From positions 768,001 through 832,000 of the forward strand of contig OY820579.1 in the NCBI GenBank assembly GCA_963681965.1: DNA of 64,000 nt. Reading direction: 5' to 3'. Origin of the DNA: a bacterium. GTDB lineage: Bacteria; Electryoneota; JAOADG01. Within the stretch, counting starts at the first letter, position 1. Each line of letters starts with the position of its first letter. The position numbers and the translations under genes were made by a program. A model generated the notes under the pieces. It saw only the letters and a program-made list of their open reading frames with translations, searched no databases and was not told the DNA's origin. Below are positions 21,208-28,833 of this stretch, one piece after another.

Positions 21208-22281
21208 CTACTTGGTCAAGATCATTTTCTTGGTAGTCGTAAAGTTACGAGTCGACAACGTGTAAAAGTAGTTACCGGTCGGCAGACCGGTCGCATTGAA
21301 CTCAACTTTATAGGTGTTGGGCGTGTGAATGCCGTTCACGAGTTCTGCGACCGATTGACCCGTTTCATTGAATACCGACAGCTTCACTAGACCAGTCTCG
21401 TGGATGCTGTAGGTAATGCTGGTGGACGGGTTGAAAGGGTTGGGGTAATTCTGAGCCAGATTGTATTTGATCGGGATTTCACCCAGCGCCTTGACTGCTG
21501 GCGTCGCATTGATGACAAATCGACTCATTTTTTCGATACCATCAAGCGATACGTCGGCAATACGATAATAATAAGTGGTTCCATTGATAACGCGAGTGTC
21601 TTCGAAGGAATATTCATTGGGTGTGGAAGATGTGCCATGTCCAGTCACCTGCGTAAGCAATTCGCCGGTTGCATCTGCAGTGGTTGAGCGATAGAGGTTG
21701 AAATGCGCGTTGTTGATTTCGGTCTCGGTTCGCCAGCGGAGCATGACTTGGTGATCGGCACCCACGGCAGTAAACGACGTCATTTCTACCGGAAGCACAT
21801 TGTTGTTGAATTCGAGCTCCGCTAAATGAAATGTACCTGAATAATAGGTGCCGGTCGATAGCTTGATTTCCCAGATGCCGTTCGGATTTACACCATTGAA
21901 AAGAAAATTCAAATTGCCACCGGTGTTGTAGAATCCGGTAAACGGACTTGCGCCGGCATTCATCGCTATCGGAGAACCGTCCCAAAACACGGTATTCGTC
22001 AGATTTACTCCATTAGACAAATTCAGGACTACTTGTTCGGCACGACCCGGCGCTTTAATCAGTAGCGTCAACTGTCCGATCTGATCGTAGGTCACGTTCA
22101 GTCGGACTTTCAAACTGGTGATTGCCGTGATTGGCGTCGAGACGTTGACGAAGACATGTCCCATGTTGTAAGTACGGATCTGGTCGGATGCGGTTGAACT
22201 GAACATCGGTGTAAAAGATGCAGCCATCGCAATTGTACTGCTGAAAAGCACGGCAAGTATCGCAAATCTAACAAGCTTCAT
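21208..22281 (-). CDS. Secreted protein: proprotein-convertase P-domain-like + FN3-like + C-terminal sorting domain
   Basis: LKVRLNVTY..IGQLTLLIKAPG, NPNGIWEIKL, LPVEMTSF, LAQNYPNPFNPST. Confidence 0.82.
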   Translation of the reverse strand: MKLVRFAILAVLFSSTIAMAASFTPMFSSTASDQIRTYNMGHVFVNVSTPITAITSLKVRLNVTYDQIGQLTLLIKAPGRAEQVVLNLSNGVNLTNTVFWDGSPIAMNAGASPFTGFYNTGGNLNFLFNGVNPNGIWEIKLSTGTYYSGTFHLAELEFNNNVLPVEMTSFTAVGADHQVMLRWRTETEINNAHFNLYRSTTADATGELLTQVTGHGTSSTPNEYSFEDTRVINGTTYYYRIADVSLDGIEKMSRFVINATPAVKALGEIPIKYNLAQNYPNPFNPSTSITYSIHETGLVKLSVFNETGQSVAELVNGIHTPNTYKVEFNATGLPTGNYFYTLSTRNFTTTKKMILTK

Positions 22282-22379
22282 AATTGCTCCTCTAGGTTGT
22301 TCGGTTGAATTTAAGATCGTCGGTTATTACTTATATCGATTCAATCGGCTGGGAGCTTTATTGAGGTTGGTAAAACCAC

Positions 22380-22453
22380 AAAAAAAAGGCTTCAGGACGA
22401 TATCCTGAAACCAATTAACAATGCGGAGAGACTTCCGGGGATTCGAATCTTGG
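22380..22453 (-). repeat. Degenerate copy of tRNA-Ser 3' end + terminator (array site)
   Basis: aaaaaa-aggcttcagga-cgata-tcctgaaacca..tgcggagag-acttcc-ggggattcgaatc. Confidence 0.9.
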
Positions 22454-22462
22454 TTGGCGAAA

Positions 22463-22942
22463 TTATTCCCCGTTGAACGCTCGCTCGAGCACGGCAATAT
22501 CCAATTTTTTCATCGGGAACATCGCTTGTGCCATTCGATTCACTTTCTGTGGATCGGGATCGCTGAACATTTCACCCAGTTGGTGTGGGACGATCTGCCA
22601 CGACAAACCGAACCGATCGATCAACCAGCCGCATTGACTCTCTTGACCACCGTCGGCAGTCAGCTTGTTCCACAATTCATCGATTTCTGCCTGCGAATCG
22701 CACTCGACATGGAGTGAAAATGCTTCGTTCAATTTGTAATGCGGACCGCCATCGATTGCCATATAGGTCACCCCGTCCAACTCGAACAGTGCCGTGAGCA
22801 CTTTCCCCTTCATCTCCGGCATGAAGTCACCATAACGCGTGATCGATATGATGCGGGAATTTTGGAACAGCGATACATAGAAATTGATCGCTTCTTCGGC
22901 GTTACGGTCGAACCAGAGAAAGGGGGTAATTTTCTGTTTCAT
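22463..22942 (-). CDS. VOC family protein (PhnB / 3-demethylubiquinone-9 3-methyltransferase-like)
   Basis: KITPFLWFD..AEEAINFY and CGWLIDRFGLSWQIVP. Confidence 0.92.
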   Translation of the reverse strand: MKQKITPFLWFDRNAEEAINFYVSLFQNSRIISITRYGDFMPEMKGKVLTALFELDGVTYMAIDGGPHYKLNEAFSLHVECDSQAEIDELWNKLTADGGQESQCGWLIDRFGLSWQIVPHQLGEMFSDPDPQKVNRMAQAMFPMKKLDIAVLERAFNGE

Positions 22943-23288
22943 GGTAAGCATTCCAGTTAGATGATTGAAAAAATGTAATACGATATATTCGGAAAGCAGA
23001 CAAACCAGTTTGCGCTATCTCGATCACTGCCATTTGTGATTTTAGTTCAGTATTAATATATAAGTGGTTATTAAAGCTTATATTGCGCACATTATTACAT
23101 CAAAACCAAATACCTTAAACGTTTTATTGCCAGAAAGCCAAAATTTAACTAAATTAGTTAATGCTTAACTGAATTTGAAGAAAAAAGATAAAATATAATC
23201 ACTATAACCAAACTTGTTTAATAAATTTAGATGGCATTGCCGCGCATTTAAACAAAATAAAGAGAGCTTAACTGTTTTAGAGGTAAAG

Positions 23289-24815
23289 ATGAACGATTTA
23301 ACTCTTGCCGATGAATCAACCAGACCGTTAGGTTATGTGGCACTCTGCCATCGATACCAGATCGATCCGGTAACCTTGTGGCACGAATCGTTTGTGTCCC
23401 GAAGTGGAGTACATAGTAAGCTTGATCATGATGATAAGATAACAGAGATCTTTCCGTTACAGTACGATCCGGGGGATCGGGATTGCGACCAACTTGCATT
23501 CGCTCTGAAATATGATGGTGTGAATCTCGCCCTTCTGACTCAACTTTTTGCGAGAATGCCAGTATCCGAGCTGGTTGCGTACATACAAGAAACACCGCTC
23601 GGCAAGTTTCGTCGGCAGATCTGGTACTTCTATGAGTTTCTAACGGGAAACCGGCTCCCAATCGATGATCTGCCACCACGAGGCGGGTATGTTGACTTAC
23701 TCGATCCAGAGGTGTATTACACGATCTCGCCAACCACCCCAATCCGTCGTCAACGTATCAACGAGAATTTGCTCGGAGATCGCCGGTTCTGTCCGATCAT
23801 TCGCAAATCGGATACGTTAAAGAAGCACAATGATACGGATTTCCGCAAGAAGATGGACGAAATTGTTGCTCAATATCCCAAAGATCTACTCACCCGGGCG
23901 ATGAGCTACTCGTTTACAAAAGAAACAAAATCATCGTTCGAATTGGAAAAAATCACCCCTTCGGTTCCGAAAACGGAGCGGTTCGTTGCACTTCTGCTTG
24001 ATGCCGAGCGGGTAGATTATTGTGTGAAGAGTCAACTGATCGAATTGCAAAATCGAATCGTCGACAATCGATATCGACAAACGGATTATCGTAGCGATCA
24101 GAACTACATCGGTGAGATAATCGATTCTGGTCGCGAACGAGTACATTATGTCTGTCCCAAGCCGGCGCATATTCATGAGCTTATGGCTGGTCTTCTCACT
24201 AGTCATTTGCGACTAGAGAAGGGAGGTGTACCCCCTATCGTACATGCGGCGATCGTTGCCTTTGGTTTTGTTTATCTGCACCCCTTCGACGATGGCAATG
24301 GTCGTATTCACCGCTTTCTAATCCATAATGTGTTAGCCCGGCGCGGCATTACTCCACCGGGTATGATCTTTCCCATTTCCGCGGTGCTGGTAAACAATAA
24401 ACACGATTACGATCATGCCTTGGAAGTACTCTCGAAACCGATCATGAGTGTCGTCGATTACAAGTTGGATGAAGATGGGTGTATGAGTGTTGAAAACGAC
24501 ATCTCGTATTTCTATCGTTACATGGACCTTACGGTCCAAACCGAGTATCTGCATCGTTTCATACAGATTGCGATCGAATGTGAGGTAGTACAGGAGTTGG
24601 CATTTCTCGTAAATTACGATGTCGTCAAGGAACGCATTCAGGATGTTGTGGATATGCCTGAACGTAAGCTCAATCTGTTTATCAGAATTTGCCGCGAGAA
24701 TCGTGGTCGCTTGTCGAAAGCGAAGCGTAATGATCACTTCGACGAGCTGAGCGACGAAGATGTCGCGAAGTTAGAGGCAATTATACGCGAAGGTTTTACC
24801 GTAGAGGAAATGTAA
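23289..24815 (+). CDS. Fic family protein
   Basis: Canonical HPFDDGNGRIHR motif; start placed at ATG 23289 after a GAGG RBS. Confidence 0.9.
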   Translation: MNDLTLADESTRPLGYVALCHRYQIDPVTLWHESFVSRSGVHSKLDHDDKITEIFPLQYDPGDRDCDQLAFALKYDGVNLALLTQLFARMPVSELVAYIQETPLGKFRRQIWYFYEFLTGNRLPIDDLPPRGGYVDLLDPEVYYTISPTTPIRRQRINENLLGDRRFCPIIRKSDTLKKHNDTDFRKKMDEIVAQYPKDLLTRAMSYSFTKETKSSFELEKITPSVPKTERFVALLLDAERVDYCVKSQLIELQNRIVDNRYRQTDYRSDQNYIGEIIDSGRERVHYVCPKPAHIHELMAGLLTSHLRLEKGGVPPIVHAAIVAFGFVYLHPFDDGNGRIHRFLIHNVLARRGITPPGMIFPISAVLVNNKHDYDHALEVLSKPIMSVVDYKLDEDGCMSVENDISYFYRYMDLTVQTEYLHRFIQIAIECEVVQELAFLVNYDVVKERIQDVVDMPERKLNLFIRICRENRGRLSKAKRNDHFDELSDEDVAKLEAIIREGFTVEEM

Positions 24816-24934
24816 AAAAATGGGTGAGTGTCGTCTCACCAGCTCTAATTTTGCCGCGTGATGTGGTCGAATTACTGACCGTCCTTCAATGCGACCCTTT
24901 CTGATAGTAAATCTGTAAGTAGTATCCTAAACAC

Positions 24935-24970
24935 AAAAAAGGGCTTCAGGAACCGGTCCTGAAACCCTTG
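24935..24970 (-). repeat. Copy of tRNA-Ser terminator/core site (array site); probably also a terminator between convergent genes
   Basis: aaaaaa-gggcttcagga-accgg-tcctgaaaccc-tt; arms identical to the native copy at 28174-28200. Confidence 0.9.
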
Positions 24971-24994
24971 TACGACGAAGCATCATCGACGAAT

Positions 24995-25423
24995 TCACGA
25001 GTCGGTGGATGACCTGTTTGCATACTTGCGATACGCCTCGCGCCCCTCGGAATTCCACCAGGCATCATATCCCTTCCAATCCTCGATCTCGTCGTCGTCG
25101 CCATTACCGCGGCGGGACGGTTTGTGAATTGAGATACCCGGTGCCTCGATACTCACTTCTTCATGATCGCAACACTCGTGTTTGTGTTTCCATTTACCGT
25201 GGTGATTCATGCTGCCGAACAGGAATCTGCCCAGTATCATCAAACCGAATGCCTGCCAATAGGTGATTTGCTTCAGCGCGAACAGATCCGGCATCAGCCA
25301 GTTCCACAACCACATCACCACGAATCCGAATACCAATGCGAAAATCACTGCGGCGAAGACTCCACCGACTACTTTCACCGCGAATCGCGGCTTGTGGCGA
25401 TGTACATGAATATGAGCGTTCAT
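24995..25423 (-). CDS. ECF-associated small membrane protein
   Basis: VVMWLWNWLMP..F.L..ITYWQA.GL.IL.R.LFG; ATGA overlap with the upstream sigma stop fixes the start at 25423. Confidence 0.75.
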   Translation of the reverse strand: MNAHIHVHRHKPRFAVKVVGGVFAAVIFALVFGFVVMWLWNWLMPDLFALKQITYWQAFGLMILGRFLFGSMNHHGKWKHKHECCDHEEVSIEAPGISIHKPSRRGNGDDDEIEDWKGYDAWWNSEGREAYRKYANRSSTDS

Positions 25424-25977
25424 TTTGTTTGATCCTCTTCGATTAAATCTGCCAATGCTTTTTGTAACGACGCCTCTGCCCGGTGTTTGCGCGAGAGCAG
25501 GGTCCCGATGGGGATGTGCCACAACTCCGACAATTCCCGGAACGCATACCCATCCAATTCCGTCGCAACCCAAACGGCACGTTGTTTGGGCTCCAACTGA
25601 TCCAGTGCCGCCACCAATCGTCGTTGGGTCTCCCGCTGATTCAGTACCGTTTGCATATCGTACTGCAATGCGGGATGCGTCTCCTCCAGCGAAGGCTTGC
25701 CTTCCGGGGGAACTTGGCTTAATGAGACTTGGTGCTTCCGATGACGGAGATAGTCGATTGTCCGAAATTGAATCGATCGGTAGATGTATGCGCCGAGGTT
25801 TTCGATTCGTTCACCGATATCTACCTGATTGAAGAGATCGATCATCAAGCCGCTGACAATGTCCTCGACTTCCATCGTCGACAAAGATTCATACTTCGCC
25901 CGGAATGTTTTCACCAGCTTCTGATATTGGTTGCTGAAGAATTGGCTAAGGTTGTTGTGTTGTTCTTGTTTGGTCAT
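25420..25977 (-). CDS. ECF RNA polymerase sigma-70 factor
   Basis: Region 2 (EDIVS..M..LF, AYIYRSI..RTIDYLR) and region 4 (L...QRAVW..ELDG..F.ELS....IPIGTLLSRKHRA). Confidence 0.88.
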   Translation of the reverse strand: MTKQEQHNNLSQFFSNQYQKLVKTFRAKYESLSTMEVEDIVSGLMIDLFNQVDIGERIENLGAYIYRSIQFRTIDYLRHRKHQVSLSQVPPEGKPSLEETHPALQYDMQTVLNQRETQRRLVAALDQLEPKQRAVWVATELDGYAFRELSELWHIPIGTLLSRKHRAEASLQKALADLIEEDQTK

Positions 25978-26009
25978 GTCTCGGTTATGATCTCATCCTC
26001 TATCGGTAT

Positions 26010-26035
26010 GACGAATCAGCGAGGGTATTTATTGC
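26010..26035 (-). promoter_or_regulatory. Candidate autoregulatory ECF promoter
   Basis: GCAATA-N16-CGTC on the minus strand, ~35 bp upstream of the sigma gene. Confidence 0.45.
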
Positions 26036-26165
26036 ATCAGAGATTTTACTGAAGTTAGGATAAAAAACAGCGTGGGAGAACTAGCGTCGGTGCTTCGAAG
26101 TAACTCGCGCGCATGGGGAGATAGAAATCTCGATTCATTTTGGCGGAATAATTAGTTGACAACGA

Positions 26166-26224
26166 CCTAAAAAAAGGACTTCAGGACACGATCTTGGAAC
26201 TCTGATCCGGTATGGATATTCGCG
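26166..26224 (-). repeat. Decayed copy of tRNA-Ser 3' end + terminator (array site)
   Basis: cctaaaaaaa-ggacttcagga-cacga-tcttggaactc-tgatccggtatggata, colinear with native cctaaaaaa-gggcttcagga-taatt-tcctgaaaccc-ttatctggtgcggaga. Confidence 0.8.
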
Positions 26225-26351
26225 ATGTGTTCCGTTTCGGGTATCTGGCATTTTTAAAAACCATATTGATATAACAAACGAATATAACTTATATTACGTA
26301 CGTTATTTCAGGGTTTTTATCCACAACCAAACATCAGTCTATGGAGGGTTC

Positions 26352-26993
26352 ATGAGAAAATTAGCTATGTTGGTCGTTCTGTTCACAATTGCAATGACCG
26401 CAATGACAGCTAACGCTAAAATCGGTTTCGACGTTGGACTTCGTCTTAGTTCGCTGGGATACGGTGTCGAAGTCAGTAAAACGGTTTTTAAGAAATTAGA
26501 CACCCGTGCCACGTTCCAACTGGGAAGTTATCAAACGGATGGCACGATCGAATCGAAAGAGTTGAAGTACGACACGAAGTTTAATTTGTCGTCGTGGAGT
26601 CTCTTGGCCGATTATCACGTTTTTGGGGGCAACTTCTTTACCACTGTCGGCGTGATCGGTAATGGTAATAAGATCGACGCTACAGTGGGCCCATCCGCAT
26701 CGCGTCGGATCGGTAGCCGAACTTATACAGCCACAGAGCAGGGATCACTGACCGCGAATATCACGTGGCCTTCGATGGCCCCTTACGTTGGTGTCGGCTT
26801 TGGCGGACAACAGTCAAATGAGGGTCATTGGCGATTCGAGTTGGGTGCGATGTTTCAAGGTTCTCCCAAAGTCAGCATGAGTGGTACCGGAATGATTGCA
26901 CCGTCCGCCGCTAACGCTCCCACTTTGGAAGACGATCTCGCCGGCGCCAAGACTTGGCTTGTCACAAGTATCAGCTACCGGTTCAGCCTCTAA
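26352..26993 (+). CDS. Outer-membrane beta-barrel protein (probably 8-stranded)
   Basis: Signal peptide; amphipathic strands (SSLGYGVEVS, APYVGVGFG); C-terminal ISYRFSL. Confidence 0.75.
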   Translation: MRKLAMLVVLFTIAMTAMTANAKIGFDVGLRLSSLGYGVEVSKTVFKKLDTRATFQLGSYQTDGTIESKELKYDTKFNLSSWSLLADYHVFGGNFFTTVGVIGNGNKIDATVGPSASRRIGSRTYTATEQGSLTANITWPSMAPYVGVGFGGQQSNEGHWRFELGAMFQGSPKVSMSGTGMIAPSAANAPTLEDDLAGAKTWLVTSISYRFSL

Positions 26994-27014
26994 GCTTGGA
27001 AAGGAACAATACAC

Positions 27015-28085
27015 ATGAAAACGAAAAAAATAACTCTGCTGTTTACTCTGGTGGGTGCGTTGTTGCTCCTCGCGATGGGCTGCTCGGTTAAGAATCCCAA
27101 CGACAGCTTCAATCTCCTGGTGGAAGGCTCTTTTGAAAAAGCGATTATGGATAGCCTTCAGACGTCTGCTACCGGCTTGGATACAACACTCGTAACGAAT
27201 CAGCGGCTGATTGGGACAAGTTCATCAGACGAAACAAATGCTACGGGCGTTATCGTCGTTCCACTGTCAATGACTTTAGCACGAAGCATTGCAGCTCTTC
27301 TTCACAGTGGTAGTAGTTTAATACAAATCATTAGCGGTTCTGTTATTAACAATTCGACCAATTCTTTAGACTTCTTTGTGTACTTGGATACGAGCAGTAC
27401 GTATGGTACCGGGATTTCAGCTCGCACGAGTTCGAAAATTTGTAGCTTACACGTGAATGTGGGTACTTCAAGTGAAATGCTTGAAAATGGGACGTATTTT
27501 AATACTACTTTCAACTCGTCAATGCTGGGTAGTAGGAACAACCCGCGCCTTGTGTTTCTGTACCTTGTGGTGATTGGAAACCCAACTGCGGATCTCACAA
27601 TTGAAACGATGCGTTTAACAGTACCACCAAATATTGCTGTTATCGGTAACGTAACTCCCAATGATGTGAGTCAATACACACTGGAGGACTTGTCTGAGAT
27701 CGGGTTGGGTGGTACAATTAGGGCAGGTGCTGGTTCTGCGAACAATGTTGACTCACTTCTCGTTACCTTTGCCTGCAAATCGGGCACTGGTACCGATACG
27801 ACGATAACCGGTTTAACAACGATTGGATCTGTCATAGCTCGCCGTACAGACTACACAACCAATGGTTTCATTGTATCAATCGATTCACTCTCGAGTCAAA
27901 TCCTCGGTAACGCTACGGGAAGGGCTGCATTGATGGCACGCTTTCGGGAGTTATTCCCCCCCACAAGTCTTGGGAGTTTCTTCCGGGTTGACATCACTGC
28001 TTACCACAGAAACTCGTCTCAAGTGATGCCTTTTCATGTCAACGATCTTCGCATTATCACGAATGCACAGGTTAGGCGAAACTAA
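27015..28085 (+). CDS. Hypothetical lipoprotein
   Basis: Lipobox LAMGC; AAGGA RBS; co-oriented with the OMP gene. Confidence 0.75.
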   Translation: MKTKKITLLFTLVGALLLLAMGCSVKNPNDSFNLLVEGSFEKAIMDSLQTSATGLDTTLVTNQRLIGTSSSDETNATGVIVVPLSMTLARSIAALLHSGSSLIQIISGSVINNSTNSLDFFVYLDTSSTYGTGISARTSSKICSLHVNVGTSSEMLENGTYFNTTFNSSMLGSRNNPRLVFLYLVVIGNPTADLTIETMRLTVPPNIAVIGNVTPNDVSQYTLEDLSEIGLGGTIRAGAGSANNVDSLLVTFACKSGTGTDTTITGLTTIGSVIARRTDYTTNGFIVSIDSLSSQILGNATGRAALMARFRELFPPTSLGSFFRVDITAYHRNSSQVMPFHVNDLRIITNAQVRRN

Positions 28086-28108
28086 CGGAACCCACCTATA
28101 ATCGTGAA

Positions 28109-28137
28109 GCGGGTCGGAGATACTCCGACCCGTTTTC
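28109..28137 (+). terminator. Intrinsic terminator
   Basis: GCGGGTCGGAG-ATA-CTCCGACCCGT-TTTC. Confidence 0.75.
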
Positions 28138-28167
28138 ATTGAAAACTCGATCTTATTTTTACGCCCT

Positions 28168-28200
28168 AAAAAAGGGCTTCAGGATAATTTCCTGAAACCC
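28168..28200 (-). terminator. tRNA operon terminator; prototype of the dispersed repeat
   Basis: GGGUUUCAGGA-N5-UCCUGAAGCCC-UUUUUU on the minus transcript, 10 nt after tRNA-Ser(GGA). Confidence 0.88.
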
Positions 28201-28210
28201 TTATCTGGTG

Positions 28211-28297
28211 CGGAGAGTGGGGGATTCGAACCCTCGGTACGGTTTCCCGTACGCACGCCTTCCAAGCGTGTGCCTTAAACCACTCGGCCAACTCTCC
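28211..28297 (-). tRNA. tRNA-Ser(GGA)
   Basis: GGAGAGT acceptor stem; CACGC-TTGGAAG-GCGTG anticodon arm; long variable arm; GGTTCGAATCC T-arm; G discriminator. Confidence 0.96.
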
Positions 28298-28302
28298 AAT
28301 AC

Positions 28303-28414
28303 GGGTGTTGGGTGGTAGGTGGTGGGTGATGGGAAAAAGAAAAAAAGGGGGATCGGTATCAGTCACCCGACACCTATCACCCACACCACAGAACCTACAA
28401 CCTACTACCTATCC
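28303..28414. repeat. Inverted heptamer-repeat element (GT-rich and CA-rich arms) in a tRNA spacer
   Basis: GGGTGTT GGGTGGT AGGTGGT GGGTGAT GGG ... ACCCGAC ACCTATC ACCCAC.. ACCTACA ACCTACT ACCTA. Confidence 0.75.
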
Positions 28415-28419
28415 TAAAG

Positions 28420-28508
<89 letters not shown>

Positions 28509-28513
28509 AAATC

Positions 28514-28643
28514 GGGGAATGGGGGATAGGGGGTGGTGATTAGGAAAAAGATAAAGAGGAAAACCGGAAGATAACATCGTATCTTAACATGTTTTCGTTG
28601 GATTATCTTTGTCCCGAAACCGAAACCCTAAGCCCTAATACCC
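28514..28643. repeat. Second inverted heptamer-repeat element in a tRNA spacer
   Basis: GGGGAAT GGGGGAT AGGGGGT GGTGATT AGG ... CCCGAAA CCGAAAC CCTAAGC CCTAATA CCC. Confidence 0.65.
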
Positions 28644-28654
28644 AGCTTGTTGCG

Positions 28655-28738
28655 CGGAGGAGGAGGGACTCGAACCCCCATGCGCTTTCACGCGGCGGTT
28701 TTCAAGACCGCTGCCTTACCAATTAGGACTACTCCTCC
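28655..28738 (-). tRNA. tRNA-Ser(TGA)
   Basis: GGAGGAG acceptor; GCGGT-CTTGAAA-ACCGC anticodon arm; variable arm; GGTTCGAGTCC. Confidence 0.95.
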
Positions 28739-28747
28739 AAGCGTTCT

Positions 28748-28776
28748 AAGTTAGAAGGTCGAATCGGCAAAGTCAA
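28748..28776 (-). promoter_or_regulatory. Sigma-70 promoter for the tRNA-Ser cluster
   Basis: TTGACT-N17-TAACTT, ending ~10 nt upstream of tRNA-Ser(TGA). Confidence 0.6.
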
Positions 28777-28833
28777 CACGACAGGGATTGGGTGTTGGGT
28801 GGTAGGTGATGGGTGGTTGGAGAAAGATACAAG

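Noticed and set aside
24995-25573. 192-aa version of the ECF partner
   Set aside because: The extra N-terminus overlaps the sigma gene; ATGA coupling supports the start at 25423.
3321-28167. Classical integron (intI/attC)
   Set aside because: I recognise no IntI-like recombinase, and the repeats lack the RYYYAAC...GTTRRRY attC ends. An attC covariance search was not run.
9094-28200. Dispersed palindromic repeat as a CRISPR array
   Set aside because: Copies are kilobases apart, degenerate and derived from a tRNA end; no cas genes are seen.
28655-28738. tRNA-Sec or suppressor tRNA
   Set aside because: The anticodon is TGA (reads TCA, Ser), with a normal 7-bp acceptor stem; tRNA-Sec would have anticodon TCA.
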